IMG/VR virus record: IMGVR_UViG_3300032050_000120
Location: 451-64,450 of that record
Strand: one strand, 5' to 3'
Length of the DNA: 64,000 nucleotides
Origin: a virus
Taxonomy: Duplodnaviria; Caudoviricetes
Shown here: one piece after another, positions 48,245-58,600 of the stretch
Layout of the letters: every line of letters begins with the position of its first letter
Numbering within the stretch: the stretch's first letter is position 1
Notes under the pieces: generated by a model
What the model was told of the DNA's origin: nothing
Seen by the model: only the letters and a program-made list of their open reading frames with translations
The model's database searches: none
Program-made: the position numbers and the translations under genes

Positions 48245-48958
48245 ATGATTAACGAAGAGCTTGATTTAACGCTACAATACCATGACGAATTAAACCCAAA
48301 GCTTTGGGTCGATGAAGATAAGTTAAAACCTATCGTCCGTGAACATCTTTTGAAAATAGCCAAAGTATGGGCTAAGACCGCCAAGATCGAAGATGATGCC
48401 ATTGAGGACATTATCATTACTGGCGGTAATGTCAATTACAACTACACAAAGCAGTCGGATATTGACGTTCACCTGGTTGTGGATATGAAGAAAACAATAT
48501 TCACAGATGAAGAGCAGATGCGTCTATTCATGCTTGCCAAGAAAGACCTATGGGCATTGCAACATGATGTTAAAATATACGGACTTCCTGTTGAAGTGTA
48601 CGCCCATAGTCACCAAACCAAAACACCAAAATCCCAGGGTGTCTATTCAATCTATTCTGATAAGTGGACTGTCAAACCAAAGAACCTGAAGTTGAATTTC
48701 AACAATGACGTTGGTCTGAAGCACAAGATCGAAGAACAGATGCACCGTATTGATTCGGTTATCAACGGGCGTGGTACAGTCAAAGAAGCCAGCGATCTAA
48801 AAGACAAGCTGGCTTCGTTGAGAGCAACATCGATTCAAAGGGCTGGTGAATTTGCCATTGAGAATCTGGTATTCAAAGACCTACGAAACCGTGGGTACAT
48901 CGACAAGCTAAAGAATTATATCCGAAGCAAGGTCGATAGAATGCTCACTCTTCGCTAA
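48245..48958 (+). CDS. Pol-beta-superfamily nucleotidyltransferase
   Basis: IIITGGNVNYNYTKQSDIDVHLVVD; PVEVY; ENLVFK.LR. Confidence 0.8.
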   Translation: MINEELDLTLQYHDELNPKLWVDEDKLKPIVREHLLKIAKVWAKTAKIEDDAIEDIIITGGNVNYNYTKQSDIDVHLVVDMKKTIFTDEEQMRLFMLAKKDLWALQHDVKIYGLPVEVYAHSHQTKTPKSQGVYSIYSDKWTVKPKNLKLNFNNDVGLKHKIEEQMHRIDSVINGRGTVKEASDLKDKLASLRATSIQRAGEFAIENLVFKDLRNRGYIDKLKNYIRSKVDRMLTLR

Positions 48959-50009
48959 CATCATAAGCCGAAGCTACTTCTTCATCAGAAAGAATAGATC
49001 CGTTTGACACCTGGTACATATCACGCACCGCTTGCTTGAATGATTCATCATTCAGAATGGGTGTCCAGAATGCAGCAGTATCGGTATCTTTTGCACGGAA
49101 CTTTTGAGCCTCGATCTCACCAGTTGTCTTATTGACACGCGAATACCAACCATTGGATGGTTTCATAACATGACCAGTTTCCTGGGCGATTTCAAGTAAA
49201 CCAGACCAGCGACTTAAACCACCTTCGAAACTTACGGTAATAGGGATCTTCATCTGTTCTTTTACATGGCGAGATTTCTCAACCTTGATGATGAAGTTGT
49301 AGCCAAGTAATTCAGTACCGTCTTTCTCTTGCTGTCTTCCGATGATGTAGATGTTATCCGAAGAATAGTATGATCCTGTACCACCACCAACAACATCTTT
49401 AGCATACAGTTCCATTGTTTTGTAGGTATGGTTGACCACATGCATTGGAATATCTTTCATGGTGAGCAGCGGTGTCACCATTCGAAACAAAGACTTCAGC
49501 TGCTTAGCGCGAGACATATCTGCGGTTGATTTACCTTCTAGCGCATCATCAACTTCTTTCTTGGACGCAAGGTTACCAACAGAATCGATCATGATGAATA
49601 CTTTATCACCACGGTTGATACCTTCAAGTTGCTTCATAATATCAAACTTCAGAAGCTCAATGTTGACTAGTGGTGTGTGAAGAACACGCTTCATGTCAAT
49701 ACCAACAGACTCAAAGTAAGACAGCGGTGTACCGAATTCTGAATCATAGAACAGCAACACAGAGTCTGCGTACTTGTCCATGTAGGCTTTAGCCATAAGC
49801 AAAGTAAACAGAGTCTTGAAGTGTTTGGATGGACCACACCATTGTGTAAGACCTGGAGTGAAACCGCCATCAACATCACCAGCAAGGGCAATATTCAGGG
49901 CTGGTACGGATGTGCTTACCATATCCTTCGTATTGAAGAAGGACGAATCAGACAGAACATCTGACTCTTTAATCGTAGAATTTTTTGATAACTTTGCTAA
50001 TAGGGACAT
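48945..50009 (-). CDS. uvsX: UvsX RecA-like recombinase
   Basis: GPSKHFKT; FYDSEFG; IDSVGNLASKKE; ADMSRAK. Confidence 0.95.
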   Translation of the reverse strand: MSLLAKLSKNSTIKESDVLSDSSFFNTKDMVSTSVPALNIALAGDVDGGFTPGLTQWCGPSKHFKTLFTLLMAKAYMDKYADSVLLFYDSEFGTPLSYFESVGIDMKRVLHTPLVNIELLKFDIMKQLEGINRGDKVFIMIDSVGNLASKKEVDDALEGKSTADMSRAKQLKSLFRMVTPLLTMKDIPMHVVNHTYKTMELYAKDVVGGGTGSYYSSDNIYIIGRQQEKDGTELLGYNFIIKVEKSRHVKEQMKIPITVSFEGGLSRWSGLLEIAQETGHVMKPSNGWYSRVNKTTGEIEAQKFRAKDTDTAAFWTPILNDESFKQAVRDMYQVSNGSILSDEEVASAYDVSEE

Positions 50010-50049
50010 ATGCATCTCACGGTAAAGGAATATTATACCACATTTCTAA

Positions 50050-50304
50050 TCAATCGGCAACCAGCTTATCGATCCTAACTTTAAACTCTTTGATTTTAGC
50101 TTCTCGGTCTGCCCAAAGAATATAAGGTTTATCTGCATTTTTCATCAGATTATTAAGCAGCGGTACGATCATCTTGTAGAGAGCGTCACGCTGATCTTTG
50201 TAATATTGTGCTGTTTTTGTAGCATCAGTAACGGCTTTTAGTTCGTCTTCGGTGACTGCGGAAAATCCGAAGTCAAAATCCATATCCAGGTCTATGTCTG
50301 ACAT
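50050..50304 (-). CDS. conserved T4-like hypothetical protein
   Basis: FDFGFSAV...PLLNNL.KN..K.YI.W. Confidence 0.7.
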   Translation of the reverse strand: MSDIDLDMDFDFGFSAVTEDELKAVTDATKTAQYYKDQRDALYKMIVPLLNNLMKNADKPYILWADREAKIKEFKVRIDKLVAD

Positions 50305-50312
50305 ACTTATCC

Positions 50313-52832
50313 TCATGTGAAAAATCTATCTAGGGTTAATTTCTTTTCATAATTCCAACCGATAACCTTTAACACGCTATTCAGTGGCTCAATGAAAGTC
50401 TTGTGGAACTGTGTATCATAATCAATGTAGGGTGCGACATTAAATTCTACTGGCAACTCGCCTGGGCATGAAATGACATTACCGCCTGACGGGTTTGGTA
50501 CACGCAGATAGCAAAACTTGATCTTGTCTGAACTCGATACCAACGGATACTTATTGCCAACATCATACTTGTTCACTAGGTAGTTATACACCAAAGCACC
50601 ACGAGCATGAATCGGTGTACTCTTTTTGTATACCGTATTTTTATCACTATATTTCTCAAGGTTGTTCACACCACGGGGGAAAGCCACTTCTTCGAAACTA
50701 GACGAAAAGAACTTGGTTCTGAAATCAGATACGAATTTGATTAGATCATCCTCGGTCTTCTGCATGATAATCTTAAAGCCTTCCTTAATCGCAACACGAC
50801 AGATACCTGGAGTCGAAGACTTGATAGCTTCCATGCCCATAATCTTCAGCTTAGGCTCCTTGAAACGTTCACCCTCAAGGTCATACATGTTGAGAATGTA
50901 GTGCTTCTTGGCTGTCCAGATACCACGGTCTGCAATGGCTTCACGCTTCATGAACATCTTCTGAGCATAAGCATTCATGTGGTCTGCAAGGTTCTCGTAT
51001 GACTTGTTAATAACCTTTTGGACGTATTCGTTGCAGAACTTGTCCAGAGCAGTGACGATATCATCGACTGGCTGATTACCCATCTTATCAACAACCTTTT
51101 CCATCGTGATGTAAAGGGAGTCGGTATCAGAAGCAACAACATAATCCTCGCCTTCTGTTTTCAAGAAGTCGTTCAGATAGATGTTCATGTCGCGTTCCAT
51201 CCAACGGATAGACAGCTGACCAGACATGGTGATAGACTCGGCATTTCTCAAATCATACCAACGGAAATACTTGTTACCAAGAGCACCGTAGGCTGAGTTG
51301 AGCTGAATCTTCTTTGCCATTTGCATGTTGTGGCACTGATCCACTCGGTTCGCAAGACGCTTGCGTTCCGCAGGGTCTGCATCATTACCAAGAGCCTTCA
51401 GCTGCTTGTTGGCAGACTTCTTCTCGTTGTTCCACCACACACGATCATCGTATTTGGTCTGCATCAATTCACCCAGGAAACCTTGTACGCCACGATCAAA
51501 GGTCCAACCACAGGCACTGACAGTAAGATTTTTTGCTATCAGATCTGATCGAACTTCATCGCTCAAACCATTCTCAAGAATGGAATCAACGTTGATACCA
51601 TCGATATGATTCATGATTGTTTCAGGGCTGATGTTGTACTGCATGATAAGATGTGGGTACAGTGAGTTCAAGTCAAAAGACACGACCCACTTACTCATAC
51701 CGATCTTAACATCCTTGACGAACCCCCCACCAAAAGTCTCGTCACTTTCACTGACCTTGACAAAAGGAACGACAATGTTTCGATCCATAAGGTGGTTATG
51801 AATGATAACATCCCACATACGAACTGTAGTCAATGTGTCAGAGTAGGTGATCTTCGCATCGTATGCCATAGCAAACACTTGCGAGATAAACTTCTTCTGG
51901 GCTTCAAGCTTATCTACCAGTTCAACGTCTCGAATGTTGTAGTCGATGAACTTCTGATAATCGTTTTTATACAACGCAAGCAACGAACCATGCTCGGAGT
52001 AATCGAGCTTCTTTTCACCCAATTCATACTCAGCAATATGATCCAGCTTGTAGGATTCCTGGGGTGTGTACGAGAACTTCTTGTACAGTTGTAGGTAGTC
52101 GAGAACCGTGATTCCGACAGGAACAAACGTTTCGTTCTCTTTCCCCATGATTTCGATCTTCTTCTGGTCGAGCAAACGCCAGGGCGACAGAGTACGAGCT
52201 TCTTCAGCACTCAACACTTTCGTGATTCGGTTCACCAGATACGGCACGTCAAAGAACTCAACGTTCCAACCAGTCAGAACATCGGGTGTGAGGAACGGTG
52301 CGTTCCATGCCATAAGGAATTTGCGAAGCAGATCGCGCTCGTTTAAGCACTTGACATAATTTACACGAGAGTCGGTTACCGTGTAATCCTTGCAACCAAA
52401 CACATAGAACTTGTTGTTCTTCGACAAACAGATAGCCGTGACTTCTTTGTCGGCTTTCTGAATATCAGGAAACCCATCATCGGCTGCGACCTCGATATCC
52501 ATATTGACAACAGAGATCTTAGACTCGTCATACTCGATGGTCTTTGGGAAGTAGTCGTTGATGAATGGGTATGCGTAGTTCGTCATACCATAGATTTGGA
52601 AGCCATGAACATCGTCATAACGACTGACAAAATCCCTGGCTTCAGACGGCGTATCGAAGTCAACTCGATCTACAGGCTTTCCATCCAGGGTTTTGTACTT
52701 ACTATCATCCGATTTAGAAGGCACGAACAGATATGGTTTGCACACATGCTCTTCTCGGATACGAGCACCATTGTCGTATCCACGGACGAGAAGTTTACCC
52801 CTGTGTAGGTGTACATTAGTATAAAAAAGCAT
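50313..52832 (-). CDS. 43: family B DNA polymerase (gp43)
   Basis: DIEV exonuclease motif; SFDLNSLYPH; KIQLNSAYGALG; SDTDS. Confidence 0.97.
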   Translation of the reverse strand: MLFYTNVHLHRGKLLVRGYDNGARIREEHVCKPYLFVPSKSDDSKYKTLDGKPVDRVDFDTPSEARDFVSRYDDVHGFQIYGMTNYAYPFINDYFPKTIEYDESKISVVNMDIEVAADDGFPDIQKADKEVTAICLSKNNKFYVFGCKDYTVTDSRVNYVKCLNERDLLRKFLMAWNAPFLTPDVLTGWNVEFFDVPYLVNRITKVLSAEEARTLSPWRLLDQKKIEIMGKENETFVPVGITVLDYLQLYKKFSYTPQESYKLDHIAEYELGEKKLDYSEHGSLLALYKNDYQKFIDYNIRDVELVDKLEAQKKFISQVFAMAYDAKITYSDTLTTVRMWDVIIHNHLMDRNIVVPFVKVSESDETFGGGFVKDVKIGMSKWVVSFDLNSLYPHLIMQYNISPETIMNHIDGINVDSILENGLSDEVRSDLIAKNLTVSACGWTFDRGVQGFLGELMQTKYDDRVWWNNEKKSANKQLKALGNDADPAERKRLANRVDQCHNMQMAKKIQLNSAYGALGNKYFRWYDLRNAESITMSGQLSIRWMERDMNIYLNDFLKTEGEDYVVASDTDSLYITMEKVVDKMGNQPVDDIVTALDKFCNEYVQKVINKSYENLADHMNAYAQKMFMKREAIADRGIWTAKKHYILNMYDLEGERFKEPKLKIMGMEAIKSSTPGICRVAIKEGFKIIMQKTEDDLIKFVSDFRTKFFSSSFEEVAFPRGVNNLEKYSDKNTVYKKSTPIHARGALVYNYLVNKYDVGNKYPLVSSSDKIKFCYLRVPNPSGGNVISCPGELPVEFNVAPYIDYDTQFHKTFIEPLNSVLKVIGWNYEKKLTLDRFFT

Positions 52833-52890
52833 TACAACTCCATAATAATCCCTGCATTATACAGGAAAACAACTCACAATTCAAGACACC

Positions 52891-53295
52891 TTATCGGGTA
52901 TCTTTCTTAACACCAATGTTATATTTTGCAACCAGTTCCCACTCATTCTTCTCTTTGTGAGTCAGAATCTTTATCTGATTCAAAGGAGACTTCGGGGTTT
53001 CTGCTTTTGCTTTGTTTACGATCTTCACCAGACCCCACTCTTCAAGAAGAAGCGCGATGGTGTTTCTGCGGGATAGATCGTCTTCAGAGAAGTCTGTACC
53101 TTTACCATCTAGGGCAAACAACTCTTTAAAGTGCACTATGTAATAGCGACCTTGTTTGTGTAGGATATGACAGGATTGATAAAGCTTGTTGTCCTTCCTA
53201 GACGCTACACCGATTCTTGTTAATGTTTCACGGACTTTCAGAAAATCATCTTCATGTCCTAGTTCTACCTCAATTAATGATTGTAATAAACTCAT
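52891..53295 (-). CDS. regA: translational repressor RegA
   Basis: DFLKVRETLTRIGVAS; LYQSCHILHKQGRYYIVHFKE. Confidence 0.95.
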   Translation of the reverse strand: MSLLQSLIEVELGHEDDFLKVRETLTRIGVASRKDNKLYQSCHILHKQGRYYIVHFKELFALDGKGTDFSEDDLSRRNTIALLLEEWGLVKIVNKAKAETPKSPLNQIKILTHKEKNEWELVAKYNIGVKKDTR

Positions 53296-53681
53296 GGTTC
53301 ACCTGTTTTTAATTTTTCTTTTATCAGGTGAAGCTGCTTCTCAGTCAATACTCTCAGTGCATCACTAGCCTTTTGCGTATTCAACCCATAATACTGCTTC
53401 ACCGCTTCCAGGTCGAAATCCTCACTTGCCTTAGCCCACTTAGCATAGCGTTTCTTCTTCCTAACGATATTTATAAGATAGTCGAATTGAAGCTTCTTAT
53501 CTAGGTTTGGATACTGGTTCATCACGTTTGCATACATGATGGTATCCACATGCTGAGACAGACCACGGTTGATCAGAAATGGCTGATAATCGGACTCGGC
53601 TAACTGGTCGTTATCCGTACCAGTCATTAAGTCCGTTTTATCATAATTGATAGCATTCAGATAATCAAAAGGATTACTCAT
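53292..53681 (-). CDS. 62: clamp loader small subunit (gp62)
   Basis: YQPFLINRGLS...ANVMN...QFDYL...RKKKRYAKW; synteny. Confidence 0.88.
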   Translation of the reverse strand: MSNPFDYLNAINYDKTDLMTGTDNDQLAESDYQPFLINRGLSQHVDTIMYANVMNQYPNLDKKLQFDYLINIVRKKKRYAKWAKASEDFDLEAVKQYYGLNTQKASDALRVLTEKQLHLIKEKLKTGEP

Positions 53682-53916
53682 CTTCCTCACCATTCATGTG
53701 ACCACATTTCTCACATTCATGGGGATTCATCTGTTGGACCATATCTTGCAGACTGCTCGTGCACCAGCAACAAAAGGCAACAGGAATGATACCGAAGTAT
53801 CCTCGGATATCACCATCATCTTCATCCAGTTCTGACGAGCAGATGCTGCACTCTTTCAGGTTCATAGCGTCCATTGCGCCAGTATCTTCCACTTTCACTT
53901 TCTTCTTACGAGCCAT
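53674..53916 (-). CDS. small Cys-rich hypothetical protein
   Basis: CSIC...GYFGIIPVAFCCWC...CEKC. Confidence 0.55.
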   Translation of the reverse strand: MARKKKVKVEDTGAMDAMNLKECSICSSELDEDDGDIRGYFGIIPVAFCCWCTSSLQDMVQQMNPHECEKCGHMNGEEDE

Positions 53917-53918
53917 AA

Positions 53919-54860
53919 TTAATCCTTAAATTCAACTTGAACCATAATCTCTGCCATACAAGCAGCCAGATTGATTTCATGATCTGTGACAAACGCATTC
54001 TTGTATTGGTACTCAGCAAGGATAAGAACAAGCTGTGGGATAGAAGAAGGTTTGATGTACTTAACTGCGTTATCATACAACGCCCTGAACAGCCTACTGG
54101 TGTCCTGGTCGGTGTTCTCTGATACCCACTGGCGAACCTCGGTGAAGTTACGCTCTTTCATCAGCATGATTAGCTGATTCAAAGATACCTCGCTGAAGTT
54201 AGAAAGGATACCGCTGTCAATTGAACCAGTAGCGGAATATCGTTGCAGTTCATTAAGACACTTACGCCAGTCAGGATAGTATTTCTTAATGACTCCAGCA
54301 ACAGCTGCCTGATCGTATTTGATAGCATTCTCGCCCAGGATATTTTGTACACGCTTGTAGAACAAAGCAGCAAGCTTAGGTGCATCTTCCTTTTGAAACG
54401 AGAAATTAATAACGCTGAATCGACTCTGGAGTGGCTCCATAATCTTATTCAGGAAGTTACAGGTCAGAATGAAACCGCAGTTCTTACTGTACTCTTCAAT
54501 GAAATTACGAAGTGCTGGCTGTGTTGCATGGGTAAGATAATCGCCTTCATCGATGATCACATACTTGCGACCACCAACGAAAGAAACCGTAGATGCAAAC
54601 TGTTGGATTTTTGTTCGTAGCACATCGATGCTACCATCGAGAGAACCATTGATTACAATGTAATCGCTACCGATCTCTTCAAGCAAAGCACGGGCAACGG
54701 TTGTTTTACCGATACCAGCACGTCCAGTCAGAATGAGATTGGGAACATTCTTATCCTTGATAAACTGTTTGAAAGTTTGCTTCAGATCATCGGATAGGAT
54801 ACATTCGTCAATAGTTTTAGGGCGATACTTCTGCGCCCAAAGATAGTCTTCCATCATCAT
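53919..54860 (-). CDS. 44: clamp loader AAA+ subunit (gp44)
   Basis: WAQKYRP; GIGKTT; IIDEGD; PLQSR. Confidence 0.95.
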   Translation of the reverse strand: MMMEDYLWAQKYRPKTIDECILSDDLKQTFKQFIKDKNVPNLILTGRAGIGKTTVARALLEEIGSDYIVINGSLDGSIDVLRTKIQQFASTVSFVGGRKYVIIDEGDYLTHATQPALRNFIEEYSKNCGFILTCNFLNKIMEPLQSRFSVINFSFQKEDAPKLAALFYKRVQNILGENAIKYDQAAVAGVIKKYYPDWRKCLNELQRYSATGSIDSGILSNFSEVSLNQLIMLMKERNFTEVRQWVSENTDQDTSRLFRALYDNAVKYIKPSSIPQLVLILAEYQYKNAFVTDHEINLAACMAEIMVQVEFKD

Positions 54861-54871
54861 ATAAAATAACC

Positions 54872-55534
54872 TTATTCAAATTTGCTTGTGATATCACCAG
54901 AGATCCAGTATTCCACATCATCAGAATACAAGTATGCAAACCCCTGTTCAGAAAGCTTAACATTATAATTATCAGAAAGCAACTTCATGTTTTCAGCTTT
55001 GAAAATAAACTGGAAACACTTGTCGGTTTTACCAACAACATAAGAATAGGTATCGCCAGTAGGGTTTTTAACATCAATGGCTTTTATGTAAATGTTGTTA
55101 CCATCACCCGTGAAAGCGATTTCAGGCAGTTGTAGAATGCTCAAGCCCTTATTAATCGATGCGAAAACATCCTGGTTGAGCGTGAATTCAACATTGCAGT
55201 TGCTAGTATCAATTTCCTTCTCAGGTGCTGCGTAGATCATTGATTTATCAGCAGAAGTAAAGTTGACGTGGCGAGTACCATCATCACTGGCAATGACAAG
55301 TTGTTTATCATTGACAGTGATTGCAGGGGTTTCGAATAACGACAGAATACCGATAAAGCGGTTTAGGTCATAAACCGCAAACTCTTTATCAACAGCAGCT
55401 GAAAGTTTGGCTCTCGCCATCACATTGCGTGACAGCGAGATTGTGCTCAAACGATTACCTTCACGGAACAAGATTGACGGATTGATTGTTGCAAAATTCT
55501 TCAGGATCTGAAGAGTACGTAGGTCAAACTTCAT
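54872..55534 (-). CDS. 45: sliding clamp (gp45)
   Basis: LKNFATINPSI; FAVYDLNRF; synteny. Confidence 0.92.
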   Translation of the reverse strand: MKFDLRTLQILKNFATINPSILFREGNRLSTISLSRNVMARAKLSAAVDKEFAVYDLNRFIGILSLFETPAITVNDKQLVIASDDGTRHVNFTSADKSMIYAAPEKEIDTSNCNVEFTLNQDVFASINKGLSILQLPEIAFTGDGNNIYIKAIDVKNPTGDTYSYVVGKTDKCFQFIFKAENMKLLSDNYNVKLSEQGFAYLYSDDVEYWISGDITSKFE

Positions 55535-55558
55535 AATATAAACTCCAATGATTAAAAA

Positions 55559-56419
55559 TTACTTCTTATGCTTCTTGTGTTTGATTTGGCTTGTGTCTGC
55601 GGTAGCCGAAGCACCGATACGAGCCAGGTCAGCAAGAGAGCCACCAAAGATGTAGGAACCAACGTGTTGCAGTTGCATCCAAGGGCACAACCAAACTTGC
55701 CCACCCATCTTCTGCACATTATAGCAGAACATATAGTCTTCTGACAAGTAGCGTTTAGAATCAGGGTCGATGATGCAGTCAAAGTAAGCATGGATCTCAC
55801 GGCTACCGTCAAATGCTGCGGTACGGACGTGATCTGGCTTGTAGGACAAATGCGGGAACGCTGCTTTGTACTTCTCGAAAGTAGCACGGCGAATCATCAT
55901 GAAACCAGTACCAGCTTCGGAAACTTCTGCTGGTGAGTTGATCGGGATTTCATTCTGACCGTTGCGTGGGTTGAACACATAGTCACCGACAAACTTCTCA
56001 AGCTCTTGTGGGTTCTCGTCTGCAAAACCTTTGTCAACGGCTTGCTTAATCTTTTCCCAGGAGATACACTTCTTAGGATACGGACCAGCCAGAACGTCAT
56101 ATGGGCTTTCATCGTCTTGAATAGCCATTAGAGCCAGAACGTCATTTGGATTGAATCCAATGTCGCTGTCGATGAACATCAGGTGAGATGCTTCACTACG
56201 CAAGAATTCATCTACGCAATAGTTACGAGCACGGGTAATCAACGATTCGTTGAATAGGAAATAGAACTGGATCTGAATTCCGTGGGCAGCACACATTGCA
56301 GAAAGATCGGCAATAGAACGGGTATACATACCAGCACATTGACCGCCATACATTGGGGTTGCTACAAACAGCTTACGCTTTCTCAGTTCTTCAATTGGGA
56401 CTTGGACTTTAAATGACAT
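55559..56419 (-). CDS. GT-A-fold glycosyltransferase-like protein
   Basis: ATPMYGG; ESLITRARN; FIDSDI; GTGFMMI; YLSEDYMFC. Confidence 0.75.
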   Translation of the reverse strand: MSFKVQVPIEELRKRKLFVATPMYGGQCAGMYTRSIADLSAMCAAHGIQIQFYFLFNESLITRARNYCVDEFLRSEASHLMFIDSDIGFNPNDVLALMAIQDDESPYDVLAGPYPKKCISWEKIKQAVDKGFADENPQELEKFVGDYVFNPRNGQNEIPINSPAEVSEAGTGFMMIRRATFEKYKAAFPHLSYKPDHVRTAAFDGSREIHAYFDCIIDPDSKRYLSEDYMFCYNVQKMGGQVWLCPWMQLQHVGSYIFGGSLADLARIGASATADTSQIKHKKHKK

Positions 56420-56468
56420 TATCACTCCTTATAATAAAACAATAGTATACCACTAAACTGGCAAAAAA

Positions 56469-56651
56469 TCAATACTTACCTGAAGTCTTGAACCAGTCAC
56501 CTTTCAATTGAAAACCACCACCAGAGGCAGCAAATATGCGTTCACATTGCGTGTTGCATTTCGGACAGGATTGCTCACTGTCCGATTCTTGCATTCTGAT
56601 TAGCTTTTCAAAATCACCATGCTTTTGGCATGAATATGTATAAATGGGCAT
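56469..56651 (-). CDS. FmdB-family Zn-ribbon protein
   Basis: MPIYTYSC...CPKC...FQLKGDWF. Confidence 0.75.
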   Translation of the reverse strand: MPIYTYSCQKHGDFEKLIRMQESDSEQSCPKCNTQCERIFAASGGGFQLKGDWFKTSGKY

Positions 56652-56654
56652 TAA

Positions 56655-57722
56655 TTAATTTTCACCCTTTCTCACTGTAGCTGTATTTGATTCTTTATCA
56701 ACATCAACAGCAAACTTACCAGCACGTACAACATTCTTTGCACCACCTTTCATACGAAGACCAGCAATGATGCCCTCACCTTTTGGAACGCTGTTGTACT
56801 TGTGATCCAAGTGACGGTGATCGTGCTCGTCACCATCTACAACACGATACTTCTTACCAGTTTCTTCGTCATGGACATGAGTTGGTAGACCACCAGCTGG
56901 GCGATTACGGGCAGAAGTCTGAACTTTGAATACCATCGATGCCACACCACCTTTATCCAGGTGCTTGCGTACATCCTTCCAGTTGCTGTCTTCGTGATTG
57001 ATACCAGTAGAAGACATGGTTAGGTGATAGTTGCTTGGGGTCTTGGTGCTCTTTGTGCGACCAGCAATTTTAGTGTAGTCGTAAAACTTAACATCTTTGT
57101 GTTTCTCGAACAGCTGTGGTGCTAGTTGTTCGTGTGGAATATCACTGGTTCCGTTCAAACGGACAGCCAGTTGCTTACCTTTCTTTTGGGCAGCAGTCTT
57201 GGCAGATGTGATTTCCTGGTCAAGCTTTGCGTAGAAGTGGGTTGGATGATCAAACATCAATTTGGTACGCCAGATCTTAGCGTCTTTAGTTGGGCGCATA
57301 TGGGCGCGACCAGCTTCTTTACCCAGGCAAGCAGCTTTACATTCTTTCGATGCTGCTGGGCAAACGTCAACACCAGACATGGTAGAAGGCGCAAGGAACA
57401 GAGCCTTTGTATCATGATCTGGCATCTTTTCTCCGTTCTTGGCAAGCTTTGGGTTTGCCGATTCAGGAGTCATCATTTTTTTGGATTCAATACCCTTTGC
57501 TTCGGCGTGGATTTCCTTCTGTCTTTCTGGCGTTGCGCCGAAGTATTCAGAAGCACCTCTTTTCAGTTTGTGCCAAGGGTTGTTTGGATTATAGTTTCCA
57601 CCATCTGCTTCACTGATAATATCATCAAAGAACGAATCATCAATAGCGTAGGTTTGGATCTCAGACTCAACGGTCTGTTCAAGCTGCAAGCGGTCTTGAA
57701 AAAATTGTTTGAAATTTAGCAT
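56655..57722 (-). CDS. Gp88-like (radical-SAM-related) protein with capsid-targeting-like N-terminus
   Basis: MLNFKQFF...; NPKLAK; CPAASKECKAACL; RLNGTSD; FYDYTK; DGDEHD.R. Confidence 0.72.
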   Translation of the reverse strand: MLNFKQFFQDRLQLEQTVESEIQTYAIDDSFFDDIISEADGGNYNPNNPWHKLKRGASEYFGATPERQKEIHAEAKGIESKKMMTPESANPKLAKNGEKMPDHDTKALFLAPSTMSGVDVCPAASKECKAACLGKEAGRAHMRPTKDAKIWRTKLMFDHPTHFYAKLDQEITSAKTAAQKKGKQLAVRLNGTSDIPHEQLAPQLFEKHKDVKFYDYTKIAGRTKSTKTPSNYHLTMSSTGINHEDSNWKDVRKHLDKGGVASMVFKVQTSARNRPAGGLPTHVHDEETGKKYRVVDGDEHDHRHLDHKYNSVPKGEGIIAGLRMKGGAKNVVRAGKFAVDVDKESNTATVRKGEN

Positions 57723-57750
57723 CATGTCCTCAAATAGATGGGTTTACCCT

Positions 57751-57945
57751 CTATTTAGCATCCGTTGGACTTGCATCCAGATCGACAATTTCTGCGTCAA
57801 TTTCTTCAAAATCTGTCTGCTGTGCGTACCCGCAACGGATACAGGCTTTGTATGTTATCTCAAAGTTCTCTGCCCTGAATACCAGGGTCTTGGTTTCATG
57901 ACCAAATATCAGGCAGACTAATTCGCGGTATATTTTTTTTATCAT
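57751..57945 (-). CDS. small hypothetical protein
   Basis: LVCLIFGH...CIRCG. Confidence 0.5.
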   Translation of the reverse strand: MIKKIYRELVCLIFGHETKTLVFRAENFEITYKACIRCGYAQQTDFEEIDAEIVDLDASPTDAK

Positions 57946-57990
57946 AAGAAAAACACCAGCTGGGCGAACCATGCTGGTGTTCCTTTTCAG

Positions 57991-58512
57991 TTAGAACGAG
58001 TAGGACGCGAATACTGTGGTAGCAAAGTATTCGGACTGATCGAAGCTCGAAGCAACACCGACTGCTAGGTCACCAAAGACTTTGCGTTCTGCGGAAGCTT
58101 CTGCGAAAACGTCTACGCCGTCAGCCTTTACAGCTGCACCAGCGAAACGCCATGCGATGCCCTGATAAACAACACCAGCACGATACTGGGTGAAATCCTG
58201 TCCACCATTGACGAAGCTACGCGAAGCACCAACTTCAAGGTTCAGCAATTCTGACAGAGGAACTTCAACGCCAAGTCCAGCGGTCCACAGGGTATCTGCA
58301 AATGCGCCGTTGAGAACATTGGTAAAACCAAGGTCACCAACAACAGTTGCTGCACCTAGTTCACCGAAGTCTTTCTCAACACCAACACCCCAGGTGTCGC
58401 TCAGAGTGGCAACAGCCTTCTGAGTGTATCCAGCGGTTAGGCGATCTTCAGCGTGAGCAGTGCCCACGGCAAAGGCGAGGAAAAGAACAGCTAAAGCGAT
58501 TTTCAGTTTCAT
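57991..58512 (-). CDS. outer-membrane beta-barrel protein
   Basis: signal peptide ending AHA; amphipathic strands; C-terminal YSF. Confidence 0.75.
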   Translation of the reverse strand: MKLKIALAVLFLAFAVGTAHAEDRLTAGYTQKAVATLSDTWGVGVEKDFGELGAATVVGDLGFTNVLNGAFADTLWTAGLGVEVPLSELLNLEVGASRSFVNGGQDFTQYRAGVVYQGIAWRFAGAAVKADGVDVFAEASAERKVFGDLAVGVASSFDQSEYFATTVFASYSF

Positions 58513-58600
58513 TTTGACTCCTTTAATTAAACAACAAAATAACGGTATCTTTTCATACCGTGTCATGCAGTATATCACATTTCTGTGATATATGCAATAG

